Source of the DNA: Nemertoderma westbladi
Taxonomy: Eukaryota > Animalia > Xenacoelomorpha
Assembly (NCBI GenBank): GCA_032718475.1
Contig: JAUCBJ010006489.1
Coordinates: 1 to 40,897 of the forward strand
Length of the DNA stretch: 40,897 nt
Direction: 5' to 3'
Shown: positions 12,201 through 21,718 of the stretch, piece by piece
Layout: every line of letters begins with the position of its first letter
How positions within the stretch are numbered: the first letter of the stretch is position 1
Notes under the pieces: generated by a model
Database searches by the model: none
What the model saw: only the letters and a program-made list of their open reading frames with translations
What the model was told of the DNA's origin: nothing
Made by a program: the position numbers and the translations under genes

Positions 12201-15200
12201 ATGTGAGTACTGCAATAAAACAAGTACCTACTTCATTTAATGTGAGTACTGCAATAAAACAAGTACCTACTTCATTTAATGTGAGTACTGCAATAAAACA
12301 AGTACCTACTTCATTTAATGTGAGTACTGCAATAAAACAAGTACCTACTTAATTTAATGTGAGTACTGCAATAAAACAAGTACCTACTTAATTTAATGTG
12401 AGCATTGCAATAAAACAATTACCTACTTCGTTTAATGTGAGTACTGCAATAATACAAGTACCTACTTCATTTAATGTGAGTACTGCAATAAAACAAGTAC
12501 CTACTTCATTTAATGTGAGTACTGCAATAAAACAAGTACCTACTTCATTTAATGTGAGTACTGCAATAAAACAAGTACCTACTTCATTTAATGTGAGTAC
12601 TGCAATAAAACAAGTACCTACTTCATTTAATATGAGCATTGCAATAAAACAATTACCTACTTCATTTAATGTGAGTACTGCAATAATACAAGTACCTACT
12701 TCATTTAATGTGAGTACTGCAATAAAACAAGTACCTACTTCATTTAATGTGAGTACTGCAATAAAACAAGTACCTACTTCATTTAATGTGAGTACTGCAA
12801 TAAAACAAGTACGTACTTCATTTAATGTGAGTACTGCAATAAAACAAGTACCTACTTCATTTAATGTGAGTACTGCAATAAAACAAGTACCTACTTCATT
12901 TAATGTGAGTACTGCAATAAAACAAGTACCTACTTCATTTAATGTGAGTACTGCAATAAAACAAGTACCTACTTCATTTAATGTGAGTACTGCAATAAAA
13001 CAAGTACCTACTTCATTTAATGTGAGCATTGCAATAAAACAATTACCTACTTCATTTAATGTGAGTACTGCAATAATACAAGTACCTACTTCATTTAATG
13101 TGAGTACTGCAATAAAACAAGTACCTACTTCATTTAATGTGAGTACTGCAATAAAACAAGTACCTACTTCATTTAATGTGAGTACTGCAATAAAACAAGT
13201 ACCTACTTCATTTAATGTGAGTACTGCAATAATACAAGTACCTACTTCATTTAATGTGAGTACTGCAATAAAACAAGTACCTACTTAATTTAATGTGAGT
13301 ACTGCAATAAAACAAGTACCTACTTCATTTAATGTGAGTACTGCAATAAAACAAGTACGTACTTCATTTAATGTGAGTACTGCAATAAAACAAGTACCTA
13401 CTTAATTTAATGTGAGTACTGCAATAAAACAAGTACGTACTTCATTTAATGTGAGTACTGCAATAAAACAAGTACCTACTTAATTTAATGTGAGTGCTGC
13501 AATAAAACAAGTACCTACTTCATTTAATGTGAGTACTGCAATAAAACAAGTACCTACTTCATTTAATGTGAGTACTGCAATAAAACAAGTACCTACTTCA
13601 TTTAATGTGAGCATTGCAATAAAACAATTACCTACTTCATTTAATGTGAGTACTGCAATAATACAAGTACCTACTTCATTTAATGTGAGTACTGCAATAA
13701 AACAAGTACCTACTTCATTTAATGTGAGTACTGCAATAAAACAAGTACCTACTTCATTTAATGTGAGTACTGCAATAAAACAAGTACCTACTTCATTTAA
13801 TGTGAGTACTGCAATAATACAAGTACCTACTTCATTTATTGTGAGTACTGCAATAAAACAAGTACCTACTTCATTTAATGTGAGTACTGCAATAAAACAA
13901 GTACCTACTTCATTTAATGTGAGTACTGCAATAAAACAAGTACGTACTTCATTTAATGTGAGTACTGCAATAAAACAAGTACCTACTTAATTTAATGTGA
14001 GTACTGCAATAAAACAAGTACGTACTTCATTTAATGTGAGTACTGCAATAAAACAAGTACCTACTTAATTTAATGTGAGTGCTGCAATAAAACAAGTACC
14101 TACTTCATTTAATGTGAGTACTGCAATAAAACAAGTACCTACTTCATTTAATGTGAGTACTGCAATAAAACGAGTACCTACTTCATTTAATGTGAGCATT
14201 GCAATAAAACAAGTACCTACTTCATTTAATGTGAGTACTGCAATAAAACAAGTACCTACTTCATTTAATGTGAGTACTGCAATAAAACAAGTACGTACTT
14301 CATTTAATGGGAGTACTGCAATAAAACAAGTACCTACTTCATTTAATGTGAGTACTGCAATAAAACAAGTACCTACTTCATTTAATGTGAGTACTGCAAT
14401 AAAACAAGTACCTACTTCATTTAATGTGAGGGAGTACTGCAATAAAACAAGTACCTACTTCATTTAATGTGAGTACTGCAATAAAACAAGTACCTACTTA
14501 ATTTAATGTGAGTACTGCAATAAAACAAGTATATACCTACTTTATTTAATGTGAGTACTGCAATAAAACAAGTACGTACTTCATTTAATGTGAGTACTGC
14601 AATAAAACAAGTACCTACTTCATTTAATGTGAGTACTGCAATAAAACAAGTACCTACTTCATTTAATGTGAGTACTGCAATAAAACAAGTACGTACTTCA
14701 TTTAATGGGAGTACTGCAATAAAACAAGTACCTACTTCATTTAATGTGAGTGAGTACTGCAATAAAACAAGTACCTACTTTATTTAATGTGAGTACTGCA
14801 ATAAAACAAGTACCTACTTCATTTAATGTGAGTACTGCAATAAAACAAGTACCTACTTCATTTAATGTGAGTACTGCAATAAAACAAGTACCTACTTCAT
14901 TTAATGTGAGTACTGCAATAAAACAAGTACGTACTTCATTTAATGGGAGTACTGCAATAAAACAAGTACCTACTTCATTTATTGTGAGTGAGTACTGCAA
15001 TAAAACAAGTACCTACTTCATTTAATGTGAGTACTGCAATAAAACAAGTACCTACTTCATTTAATGTGAGTACTGCAATAAAACAAATACCTACTTCATA
15101 TAATGTGAGTACTGCAATAAAACAAGTACCTACTTCATTTAATGTGAGTACTGCAATAAAACAAGTACCTACTTCATTTAATGTGAGTACTGCAATAAAA

Positions 15201-18200
15201 CAAGTACCTACTTCATTTAATGTGAGTACTGCAATAAAACAAGTACCTACTTTATTTAATGTGAGTACTGCAATAAAACAAGTACCTACTTCATTTAATG
15301 TGAGTACTGCAATAAAACAAGTACCTACTTCATTTAATGTGAGTACTGCAATAAAACAAGTACCTACTTCATTTAATGTGAGTACTGCAATAAAACAAGT
15401 ACGTACTTCATTTAATGGGAGTACTGCAATAAAACAAGTACGTACTTCATTTAATGTGAGTACTGCAATAAAACAAGTACCTACTTCATTTAATGTGAGT
15501 ACTGCAATAAAACAAGTACGTACTTCATTTAATGGGAGTACTGCAATAAAACAAGTACCTACTTCATTTAATGTGAGTACTGCAATAAAACAAGTACCAA
15601 CTTCATTTAATGTGAGTACTGAAATAAAACAAGTACCTACTTCATTTAATTTGAGTACTGAAATAAAACAAGTACCTACTTAATTTAATGTGAGTACTGC
15701 AATAAAACAAGTACCTACTTCATTTAATGTGAGTATTGCAATGAAGTGATATTGTTCTTCCGATTAAAATTTGTACCTGAAAATAAACGTTCATTTCACA
15801 ACAATGCTGCTATCTGTCCTTGTTTATCCATATATTGACTGGACTACAACTAGTTTACTTACTGGTTAATTGGCACTATTTTAATGGTTCAGTTTTGAAG
15901 CCAAACTTGTTCTAAATTTTTCATTCAGTACTATTTATTAATTGCATAAAATGTTTACTTTTGCAGCCCAATGCAAAGTGTATATCCTTGTGCACATCAC
16001 GAGAGATCATTGAGTTGGATATATCAGCCGTGTTGATTCCTGATTCGCTGAATTGGGTAGAGGATGACGTCATGGCTGAAACGGCGGAAGTACGCGACAG
16101 AAGGTATTTATGCAGGAATAATCGATTAAGAGTCAGATCTGTTGGTTTTGGTCGGTGAAATATTGAAGTCCGATTTAAGTTATTAACGTTTATATATTTG
16201 TTTTCGTTTTAGTGGAAGTCAGGCATCCATGCTGTCAGATGATTACCTGGTTGTTCATACAGTCGAGAAACGGGCCTCGATAGCTCTCAGTCTCCTGTCC
16301 AACTCAACTTCCCGCCAAAACTTCTCCTCTCCGTCACCAATCGGTATAACGAATGTTAATCTGGGTGAGTTGTAACTTAGTTTATTTAATTAGGTGCTGT
16401 CAGTATGATGTGTACTGTATTTTCGACTCTGTTGTAACTTTACTCCATATTATTACTCCACTACTCCATCTTATCTTCCCCACCAGGTCGAGGTTCATCC
16501 ATTATCTCTCGTAGAGCCGTACCGAATGTCCGTCGGTTGGTTTCACACCCCTCCCTTCCGTATTACATCAGCGGACAAACAGATGGAACTGTTAAAATGT
16601 GGGAGTGGGGCCATTCCCAGTGTGTTAACGTATACAAACCCGGTAAGTTACAGACATTTATTGGTAAATCAAACCCGATCAATTCAACTTAGTAATTAAA
16701 TCATCACCTTTAAGCAGTTTTATATGGAATCTTCACTATACCAGTATCAATGTTTGTTAAAGTGATAACTTAATTAATTACTTAAACTCGAAACCAAGTT
16801 TCTAAAAATAACAACAATAAGCCGTCGATTAGAGAACCTTTGTTGCCTCTATTCGATAGACCCCCTTTATCTTTCTTTAGGTGGACTTGGTGCCTCCAAA
16901 GTCAACCGAATATATTTCAATTCCCAAGGCAATAAGTTTGGAACTATTGACGCAGCCGGCTTTCTGTCGCTATGGCAACTGGCATGCGGCTCCTCGTCTG
17001 GATATAAACCGTTTCTAGTAAGTCTACCAACTCACCAGACTTATCATTGAGTTAGTGAAAAAAAGGTTATATTCTGAGACCCATGTTGTAATGTTGGAAC
17101 ATTTAAAAAACATGTTGAAATCCTGTTGGTTTCGAAAATTAACGTAATCGTTTACTACATATTATTATGGAGTCGTATTATGTTGAAAATATATTGAGTT
17201 ACAATCAATGCAAATAATCCGACTGAGAATTGGTCTTCAAAATATCCGAACGGATTATACTAATTTACAATTAAAGGGAATTCCCAATATGGAATGTAAA
17301 TAATATCCCTGATACATAAAAATAATGCATTTTTTATTGTTTTTTTTTTATAGAACATGCAGGTTCACAGTAAGAGTGGATATGACTTCGCTTTCCTAGG
17401 CTCGTCTAGTTTGATAGCAACAGCTGGGCACAGTGCAGATAATAAGAATGTTTGTATATGGGATACACTATTACCTCAGAAATCAGCTTTGTTACAAGGT
17501 GGGAATACTAATAATATTCTGTGATTGTCATGTCAGTGAAACATAATCACTTACTTGTACTTTATAACTCGTTACAACTCGTTGTGACTCGTTTTGTATA
17601 GGGTTTCCCTGCCACGATTCCGGTGCGTTGGCGCTATTCTACGCCCCCACGCGACAGATTTTGGTATCGTCTGGTCGTCGGGGTGACGTGTGTATCTTCG
17701 ATACGAGACGACGTATGATGAAGCGGGCCTTCCAGGCCCACGATGGGCCGCTGCGAGCGCTGAGTCTGGAGCCCACCGAGCAGTACTTCGTTACCGGATC
17801 CGGCGACGGTGATATTAAGGTTGGTAAACAGAATAGCCGGGTTGATACTAATGTGTCTCGCCTACACTGAAAAAACGAAACCTGTATTATTTATTGAAAA
17901 ACCACCGGTTTACCGAAGGAATCGCCGATTAAAATCCAGCCACTTTAATCGCCGATTCTTTCAGCAAACCGATGGTTTCGAAAACTGGTGGTTAAGCCAA
18001 ACCGGTGGTTTAGGAAAGTTATAAACTCTGGGTTTATTCTATATTTTCAACCATATCGAACGGGATTCACAAACTTAAAACCTGGTTTAGATGTATTTTA
18101 AACAGGGGTTCATTCATACAAAACCAGGGGTTCCTAAAATATAAAACCTGGTTTAGATGTATGTGTAGGTTTAGATGCATTTAGGCATGATACAGATACA

Positions 18201-21105
18201 AAAGTCAATAATATATAGCTGAATACAGGAATAGGTCAGGTGCCAACCTGCTCCGACCATGATAGATAGCCCGGGAAATTCAAATGATTTGAAATTAACC
18301 GCCAAAAATATATCAATTCATTATGTGTCTTTATCATTGAATTTCCATGGCTATGGAGCGCAGGGTAAACACCTTTTTGGATTTTAGGGACTTTGCGGCA
18401 TTATGGGTAAGAAGGTTTCAAATATTAACAAACCCCAGGTTTTATCGCATTAATTTATGACTTATTATTATCATAAAACCGGCATTTTATTTGTTAAAAA
18501 CCTCAATCATTATTGAATAAAAATCCAGGTTTATCAGTCAACAAAATGAAGGGTTAATGTATAAAAAAAACGGTGGTTTTCACAACCCACAACCCTACTT
18601 TCAAAGAATTTACAATCCCCAAGTTTTTAACAGTAATTAAAAATAGATTTATTCCCAAAAACCCCGTTTTTGTTTCATTAATTATGTGTTTATTATGGGG
18701 TTAAACCCGGGTTTGTCACTGATTAGAAAACCATCATCAAATTATTTAAAACCGGTGGTTTTTTTCTCATTAAAACTAGGGTTTTTTGAGAAACCAGTAG
18801 TTTGATAAACAAATATTAAAAGTTTTATAATTCTTTTAAAAGTAATTGTAATTAACCCTAATGTCAATACCACTCAAACTAATAGTATAAATCGTTAATT
18901 TGAAACACTTATTGTTTTTTCGAAATCGGAGGTTCCAAATTGAAAACCTATGTTATAATTTACAACCTAGGGTGAAAATCACAAATACAGGTTTGGTTTT
19001 TTCAGTGTAGGAACACAAATCGTCGGTGTGGCGTTAAAAAGGCGCTAAGTGATTTTTTTGAAGAAAAAAAATGAGTTATAAATATCACTGGAAAGCTGGA
19101 AAAATTTGCTGTCTACAAGATCTATTTTTGAAAATGAAATATATAAATTTTCCACGTTCCGAGCCAGTACAATTAAATAATTTAATTTCATTTGTCATTG
19201 AATAATAATGAATTTGAAGCATCTAGACTTAGGCCATTTTAAACGGTGCCGTTTAAAATTGTAATTTAATTTATACTAACCTTCGGCGTACACTGCAATC
19301 AACAATTAATATGCGATCTGAAAATTTCCAGCTTCACTTTCTTGTATGATGGAACACTAAGTATGTTGAGGCTCTTGCTGTCCCTAACAACCTCAGTGAG
19401 TCGTTCTTCCTTCTCACGATGGTCTGTCAGTGTGTTTGTCAGCTTGCTGTCCCAGTGCGGAGTTTTCCTGGCTTCAAACTCTCCCTGACCTCTCTCTCTT
19501 ACTCCGCTACTAGCTCTTCTTAAATCAATAATGTTGTTCTAAATAATACACATTCGTAGGGCCTGTGCGCAGCACGAAAACGCGGTTAAGTTGCCGTTTT
19601 TAAAAATGAGCTAACGATAGATATTGCCATTTTATAGTGTTCCAGCAACGTCCAGAGGTTCAAATTATCCCCTTGATCATACATTGTGATCGTCCGTCCA
19701 ATACTGTAATTTTTCTTGGTATCAACTTTGATCAAACGATCTACTATATAGGGACACAATGACACCAGATCTTTAGGCTTAAGCATCATATTTGAAAAAA
19801 TATGTGGCTTACTATGCACTGTAAATTACTTCCAAGATAACAAAACATGCATTATAACATAAAAGCATTTGAAGTTGGAGTTGGAGTTTTATTTACTGAT
19901 ATTATTATATTAATTATTATATTATATTAAACGATTCTAAAAAGTATTGAAATTCGACTACCAGTAATTTAGGAATGCGACTTTTCTAACTCAGACAATA
20001 AAAAAAAATAATTACTTTATACAGAGGCACTGAAAAAATTATACATATAACAATAAATCATTCATTAATATAAATCCTTAAGAAAATGTGATAAATCTAA
20101 TTAATAAATCAATATTTGTTACAGAATTAGAAGAATTCAATTAATTAATTTAATTTCTAACAACCTAAGAGGCTGTAACAACAGCCTGTAAAAAAACATA
20201 ACCTAAACGTGCGATTCGGGTGGATAAACGATGGAATACGGAATCAGTTTTAAGAGGAAAATTTGACAAATAGTGTTCCCGCGGCAACACCTTGTCACGT
20301 GTGAACACTTGACCCGATACCGACGATTGGCCTAAACAGTTTATATTTAATGATTTTGTCGATTCAGAGTTAGGCCATTTTAAACCGTTTAATATGGCCT
20401 CGCTCTACATGATTTTGTGAATTCATAGTTAGGCCCTTTTAAACGGTGCCGTTTAAAATGACCTAACTTCATGTGATAACTCAGTTTGAATTAATGCAAT
20501 TTCCTCAGTTTGATAGAACTGGTACTTAGCGCCTTTTTAACGCCACCCGACGAAATATTGGGACTCAACATTTACCACACCATCTACGGAGAAGCACTAA
20601 ATCTACCAACATGTAAACGTTTTCTAGAATAGCTGAATTGGTACCTCAGACCGTGGGAGCCAGTTGTTCGTGACGTAGAACTTAGTCTAAGTGGTTACAT
20701 ATTGTGTGTGAAGTTCTAGAATTTATAATTTAATTGAGTGAAACAATTATGACTTTTACTGGGATGTTAATAATATGGGACTAGGGGTCTTAATACCTTG
20801 CAACTGCACAAAAATAAACGCAAAACTTCCACAACAACTAGCAAACATTCTGGAATATGGGCAATATCAATTATTTTTGCAAGTTTATTTTCACTTTTCA
20901 GATTTGGGATTTAAACAGCCTAAAAGTTTTAGTGACGTTACTAGGCGAACACATTCCTCGACAAATCTTCCGATCCTCGTCTAACGGGGTCACTTGCCTC
21001 GCTACGATCTCTCCCGGCCTGTTATACAGCGCGGGCTCGGACGGCCTACTTAAACTCAAACTAGTACCCGATTATTATACCCGATTAGCTACAAAACATC
21101 ATTAA
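21..21105 (+). CDS. DMXL1: DmX-like protein / Rabconnectin-3 alpha (WD40), 3' part of a spliced gene; exons 21-294, 427-564, 5585-5781, 10925-11014, 15967-16103, 16213-16364, 16487-16642, 16881-17017, 17354-17498, 17602-17819, 20902-21105
   Basis: Manual splicing across GT-AG introns gives a continuous frame with matching phases. It contains DMXL motifs EHLNPYSYSW, ELPIVSPL, LEPDNTPF..KRLWNFLVRQE, NVRRLVSHPSLPYY, FNSQGNKFG, SSLIATAG..NVCIWDTL, CHDSGA and YFVTGSGDGDIKIW. DMXL1 vs DMXL2 cannot be resolved (probably a single invertebrate ortholog). Confidence 0.95.
427..564 (+). CDS. DMXL1: DMXL exon (ELPIVSPLVHMVSQTLEQW...FNGPP)
   Basis: ttgcag acceptor, gtaaca donor, phase-1 junctions compatible with neighbours. 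Confidence 0.9.
1606..1692. mobile_element. Tiny MITE-like inverted-repeat element
   Basis: GGACATTTCCGACGCTGACAATTCTCACCCA is an imperfect inverted copy of TGGGTCGGAATTGTCCGGGTCGGAATTGTCC; no clear TSD. Confidence 0.45.
1816..1901. repeat. 31-bp tandem repeat, about 3 copies, containing the TIR motif AAAACCCAGTATCTC
   Basis: AAGTTTCATATCAAAACCCAGTATCTCCAAA at 1816, 1847 and 1878. Confidence 0.9.
2004..2053. repeat. Perfect 50-bp spacerless palindrome
   Basis: ACCATTTTTGGGTTCATTTCATAGC|GCTATGAAATGAACCCAAAAATGGT. Confidence 0.95.
5585..5781 (+). CDS. DMXL1: DMXL exon (LLKHKELLEPDNTPF...KRLWNFLVRQE...YVF)
   Basis: ttcag acceptor, gtgagt donor at 5782; strongly conserved DMXL block. Confidence 0.92.
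6564..9101 (-). CDS. XAB2: Pre-mRNA-splicing factor SYF1 / XAB2 (HAT-repeat NTC/Prp19 complex subunit), intronless, 845 aa
   Basis: Single ORF with DLPYEEDILRNPY, ELPGSYKLW, MHKMPRIW, LLRQNPHNVHEW, SLKLWSMYADLEES, HGNEDTVREMLRVKRSVQA and NPDEIDI; full length for the family. Confidence 0.97.
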   Translation of the reverse strand: MAENSHSVEDVPMEDYHPKGNAAIIDIEDVDLPYEEDILRNPYLVKSWLRYIDHKKDGPINNLIQVYERSLKELPGSYKLWYNYLKLRGKQLRYRSVTDSLYEEVNNAYERSLVFMHKMPRIWIDYCKIMTSQRRVTRTRRLFDRALRSLPITQHHRVWPLYLSFVESLELPETAVRIYRRYLKLEPQQTERYVTYLRKVERLDEAAVRLAGVINDEKFVSVEGKSKFQLWMELCAIITGNPEKVVSLNVDAIIRQGIRRYSDQKGQLWNALADYYVRSGQFERARDIYSEGIESVITVVDFTQIFDRYSQFEESTISAMMEEDCLTPERELDLELRLARFEDLIERRPLLLNAVLLRQNPHNVHEWMKRVDLYEGRPLDVVRTYTEAVTTVDPAQATGNLYQLWVDFGKFYERAGQPEEARSVLERALLEPFRRVDELATVWCEYAELELRLQQYDSALQLMQRATTPTAQRAGYFDQKEPAQSRVFRSLKLWSMYADLEESFGTFKTCKAVYDKIIDLRIATPQIIINYCMFLEESNHFEESFKAYEKGVVLFKWPFVFEIWNTYLVKFIARYGGSKLERARDLFEQCVDGIPAKFAKNVYLLYAKLEEEHGMARHAMAVYERATAAVEKGREQFDMFNIYIRRAAEIYGLSYTREIYQKAIEALGDDFAKDMCVKFADMERKLGEVDRARAIYAYCSQLCDPRAAKDFWDIWKEFEIKHGNEDTVREMLRVKRSVQAIYNTQVNFMTSAMLESAADTTDTQDSMKMLESIVPETPASSKLSKDIMFVRSQEETTKDVIKTVNPDEIDISDSDEDEDGSDGEKETFNITEKEIPKAVFGNIKT
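9340..9646. mobile_element. PIF/Harbinger-type MITE (307 bp)
   Basis: 21-bp TIRs AGGCCCGTTCACATCCAACGG / CCGTTGGATGTGAACGGGGCT (1 mismatch); TTA TSD at 9337-9339 and 9647-9649. Confidence 0.88.
10340..10595. mobile_element. Probable Helentron/HINE (DINE-1-like) interspersed repeat fragment
   Basis: (GTCY)n microsatellite at 10361-10390 and a motif CGTGCTGCGCGA..CCCC..AACGTGTT shared with about 36711-36745; class assignment is inference. Confidence 0.4.
10925..11014 (+). CDS. DMXL1: DMXL exon (FDFLDD...IHKEKEPISSFCLNQ)
   Basis: ttttag acceptor; IHKE..I..F..N motif. Donor CAA|gtacca at 11015 gives a gap-free alignment to DMXL as recalled; an alternative phase-0 donor AAT|gtgagt lies at 11033. 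Confidence 0.8.
11011..15742 (+). repeat. 39-bp minisatellite, about 120 units, consensus CAAGTACCTACTTCATTTAATGTGAGTACTGCAATAAAA, filling a DMXL intron
   Basis: Direct tandem periodicity of 39 nt; a few 4-nt insertions after about 14430. Confidence 0.98.
15967..16103 (+). CDS. DMXL1: DMXL exon (PNAKCISLCTSREIIELDI...W)
   Basis: ttgcag acceptor, gtattt donor; matches the ...STHDVQELDV block. Confidence 0.88.
16213..16364 (+). CDS. DMXL1: DMXL exon (DDYLVVH, Ser-rich linker)
   Basis: tttag acceptor, gtgagt donor; phases 2 and 1 fit the flanking exons. Confidence 0.82.
16487..16642 (+). CDS. DMXL1: DMXL WD40 exon (GRGSS...VRRLVSHPSLPYYISGQTDGTVKMWEWGH)
   Basis: ccag acceptor, gtaagt donor; conserved DMXL WD repeat. 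Confidence 0.93.
16881..17017 (+). CDS. DMXL1: DMXL WD40 exon (KVNRIYFNSQGNKFG...LSLWQ...KPFL)
   Basis: tttag acceptor, gtaagt donor. Confidence 0.93.
17354..17498 (+). CDS. DMXL1: DMXL WD40 exon (HSKSGYDFAFLGSSSLIATAG...VCIWDTLL)
   Basis: polyT-tag acceptor, gtggga donor. Confidence 0.93.
17602..17819 (+). CDS. DMXL1: DMXL WD40 exon (CHDSGA...FQAHDG...YFVTGSGDGDIK)
   Basis: atag acceptor, gttggt donor; overlaps ORF 17628..17870. Confidence 0.93.
17865..19007. mobile_element. Non-autonomous TIR element with CACTG termini (CMC/EnSpm-like), 1.14 kb
   Basis: TIR CACTGAAAAAACGAAACCTGTATT / AATACAGGTTTGGTTTTTTCAGTG, flanked by TA; many AAACC..GGTTT subterminal motifs. Confidence 0.82.
19021..20552. 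mobile_element. Non-autonomous TIR element with 4-bp AAAT TSD (Sola1-like), 1.5 kb
   Basis: TIR CGTCGG(T)GTGGCGTTAAAAAGGCGCTAAGT / ACTTAGCGCCTTTTTAACGCCACCCGACG; AAAT at 19017-19020 and 20553-20556; internal TTAGGCCATTTTAAAC repeats. Confidence 0.85.
20902..21105 (+). CDS. DMXL1: DMXL terminal coding exon (IWDL...EH..IFR...SAGSDGLLKL..LVPD...stop)
   Basis: ttcag acceptor at 20897-20901; TAA at 21103-21105; DMXL C-terminal motif. Confidence 0.92.
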   Translation: MWDLNSLKVLVTLLGEHIPRQIFRSSSNGVTCLATISPGLLYSAGSDGLLKLKLVPDYYTRLATKHH

Positions 21106-21718
21106 TTAACCCTCAACACCACACCTATGCAGATTTCAATCCATTTTTTGAATTAGAACTCAACCAACTTACTCTTACTATATTTAAACATATTCTCCCT
21201 GTTGGTATAACAACCGCATCTTCTAGCCTTCAATGTCTGTGCACTGGCTGCGAAACTTACACTTAAAATCCTATCTCAGAAGTTGTCCGTGTAATAGTTG
21301 CGAGATGTCTTATTTGCAGTAACTAATTTTGCATATAATATTTAGTTTGTAAGATAATTAAATTTTAAAAGGTTGAGTCATTAATTTCTATTTTATAAAT
21401 GTAGACCCCGGCTTTAGGGCTGGCACAGCATAATATTTATTAAATGTTAGTTTGTCACGAATCCACTTTAATATCAATTAATTATTAGCGTTTAAATTCT
21501 TTTTATCATTTCGAATTTGTGCTAATTTATAGTAAAGGAGTAAAAAGTGTCGAAATGCTGGCTGAATATTTAATTGTATATGTTATTTTTTTGTTCGAAT
21601 ATAATATATGTATATGCCTATGTGGTTTTTGTTAGATATAAACGTTTTTGATTTTTCATAATTTCATTGTATTGTATTTATCATTTTTATACGATTCATT
21701 AATAACTTCAGTTTAATA

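Noticed and set aside
11267-15683. STAIKQVPTSFNV and antisense LTLNEVGTCFIAV ORFs as standalone genes
   Set aside because: Products of a 3n tandem repeat; mostly GTG/TTG starts, scattered stops and frameshifts, inside a DMXL intron
11011-15742. CRISPR array (repeat length in the CRISPR range)
   Set aside because: Units abut directly with no unique spacers, no cas genes, eukaryotic context; the same applies to the other two arrays
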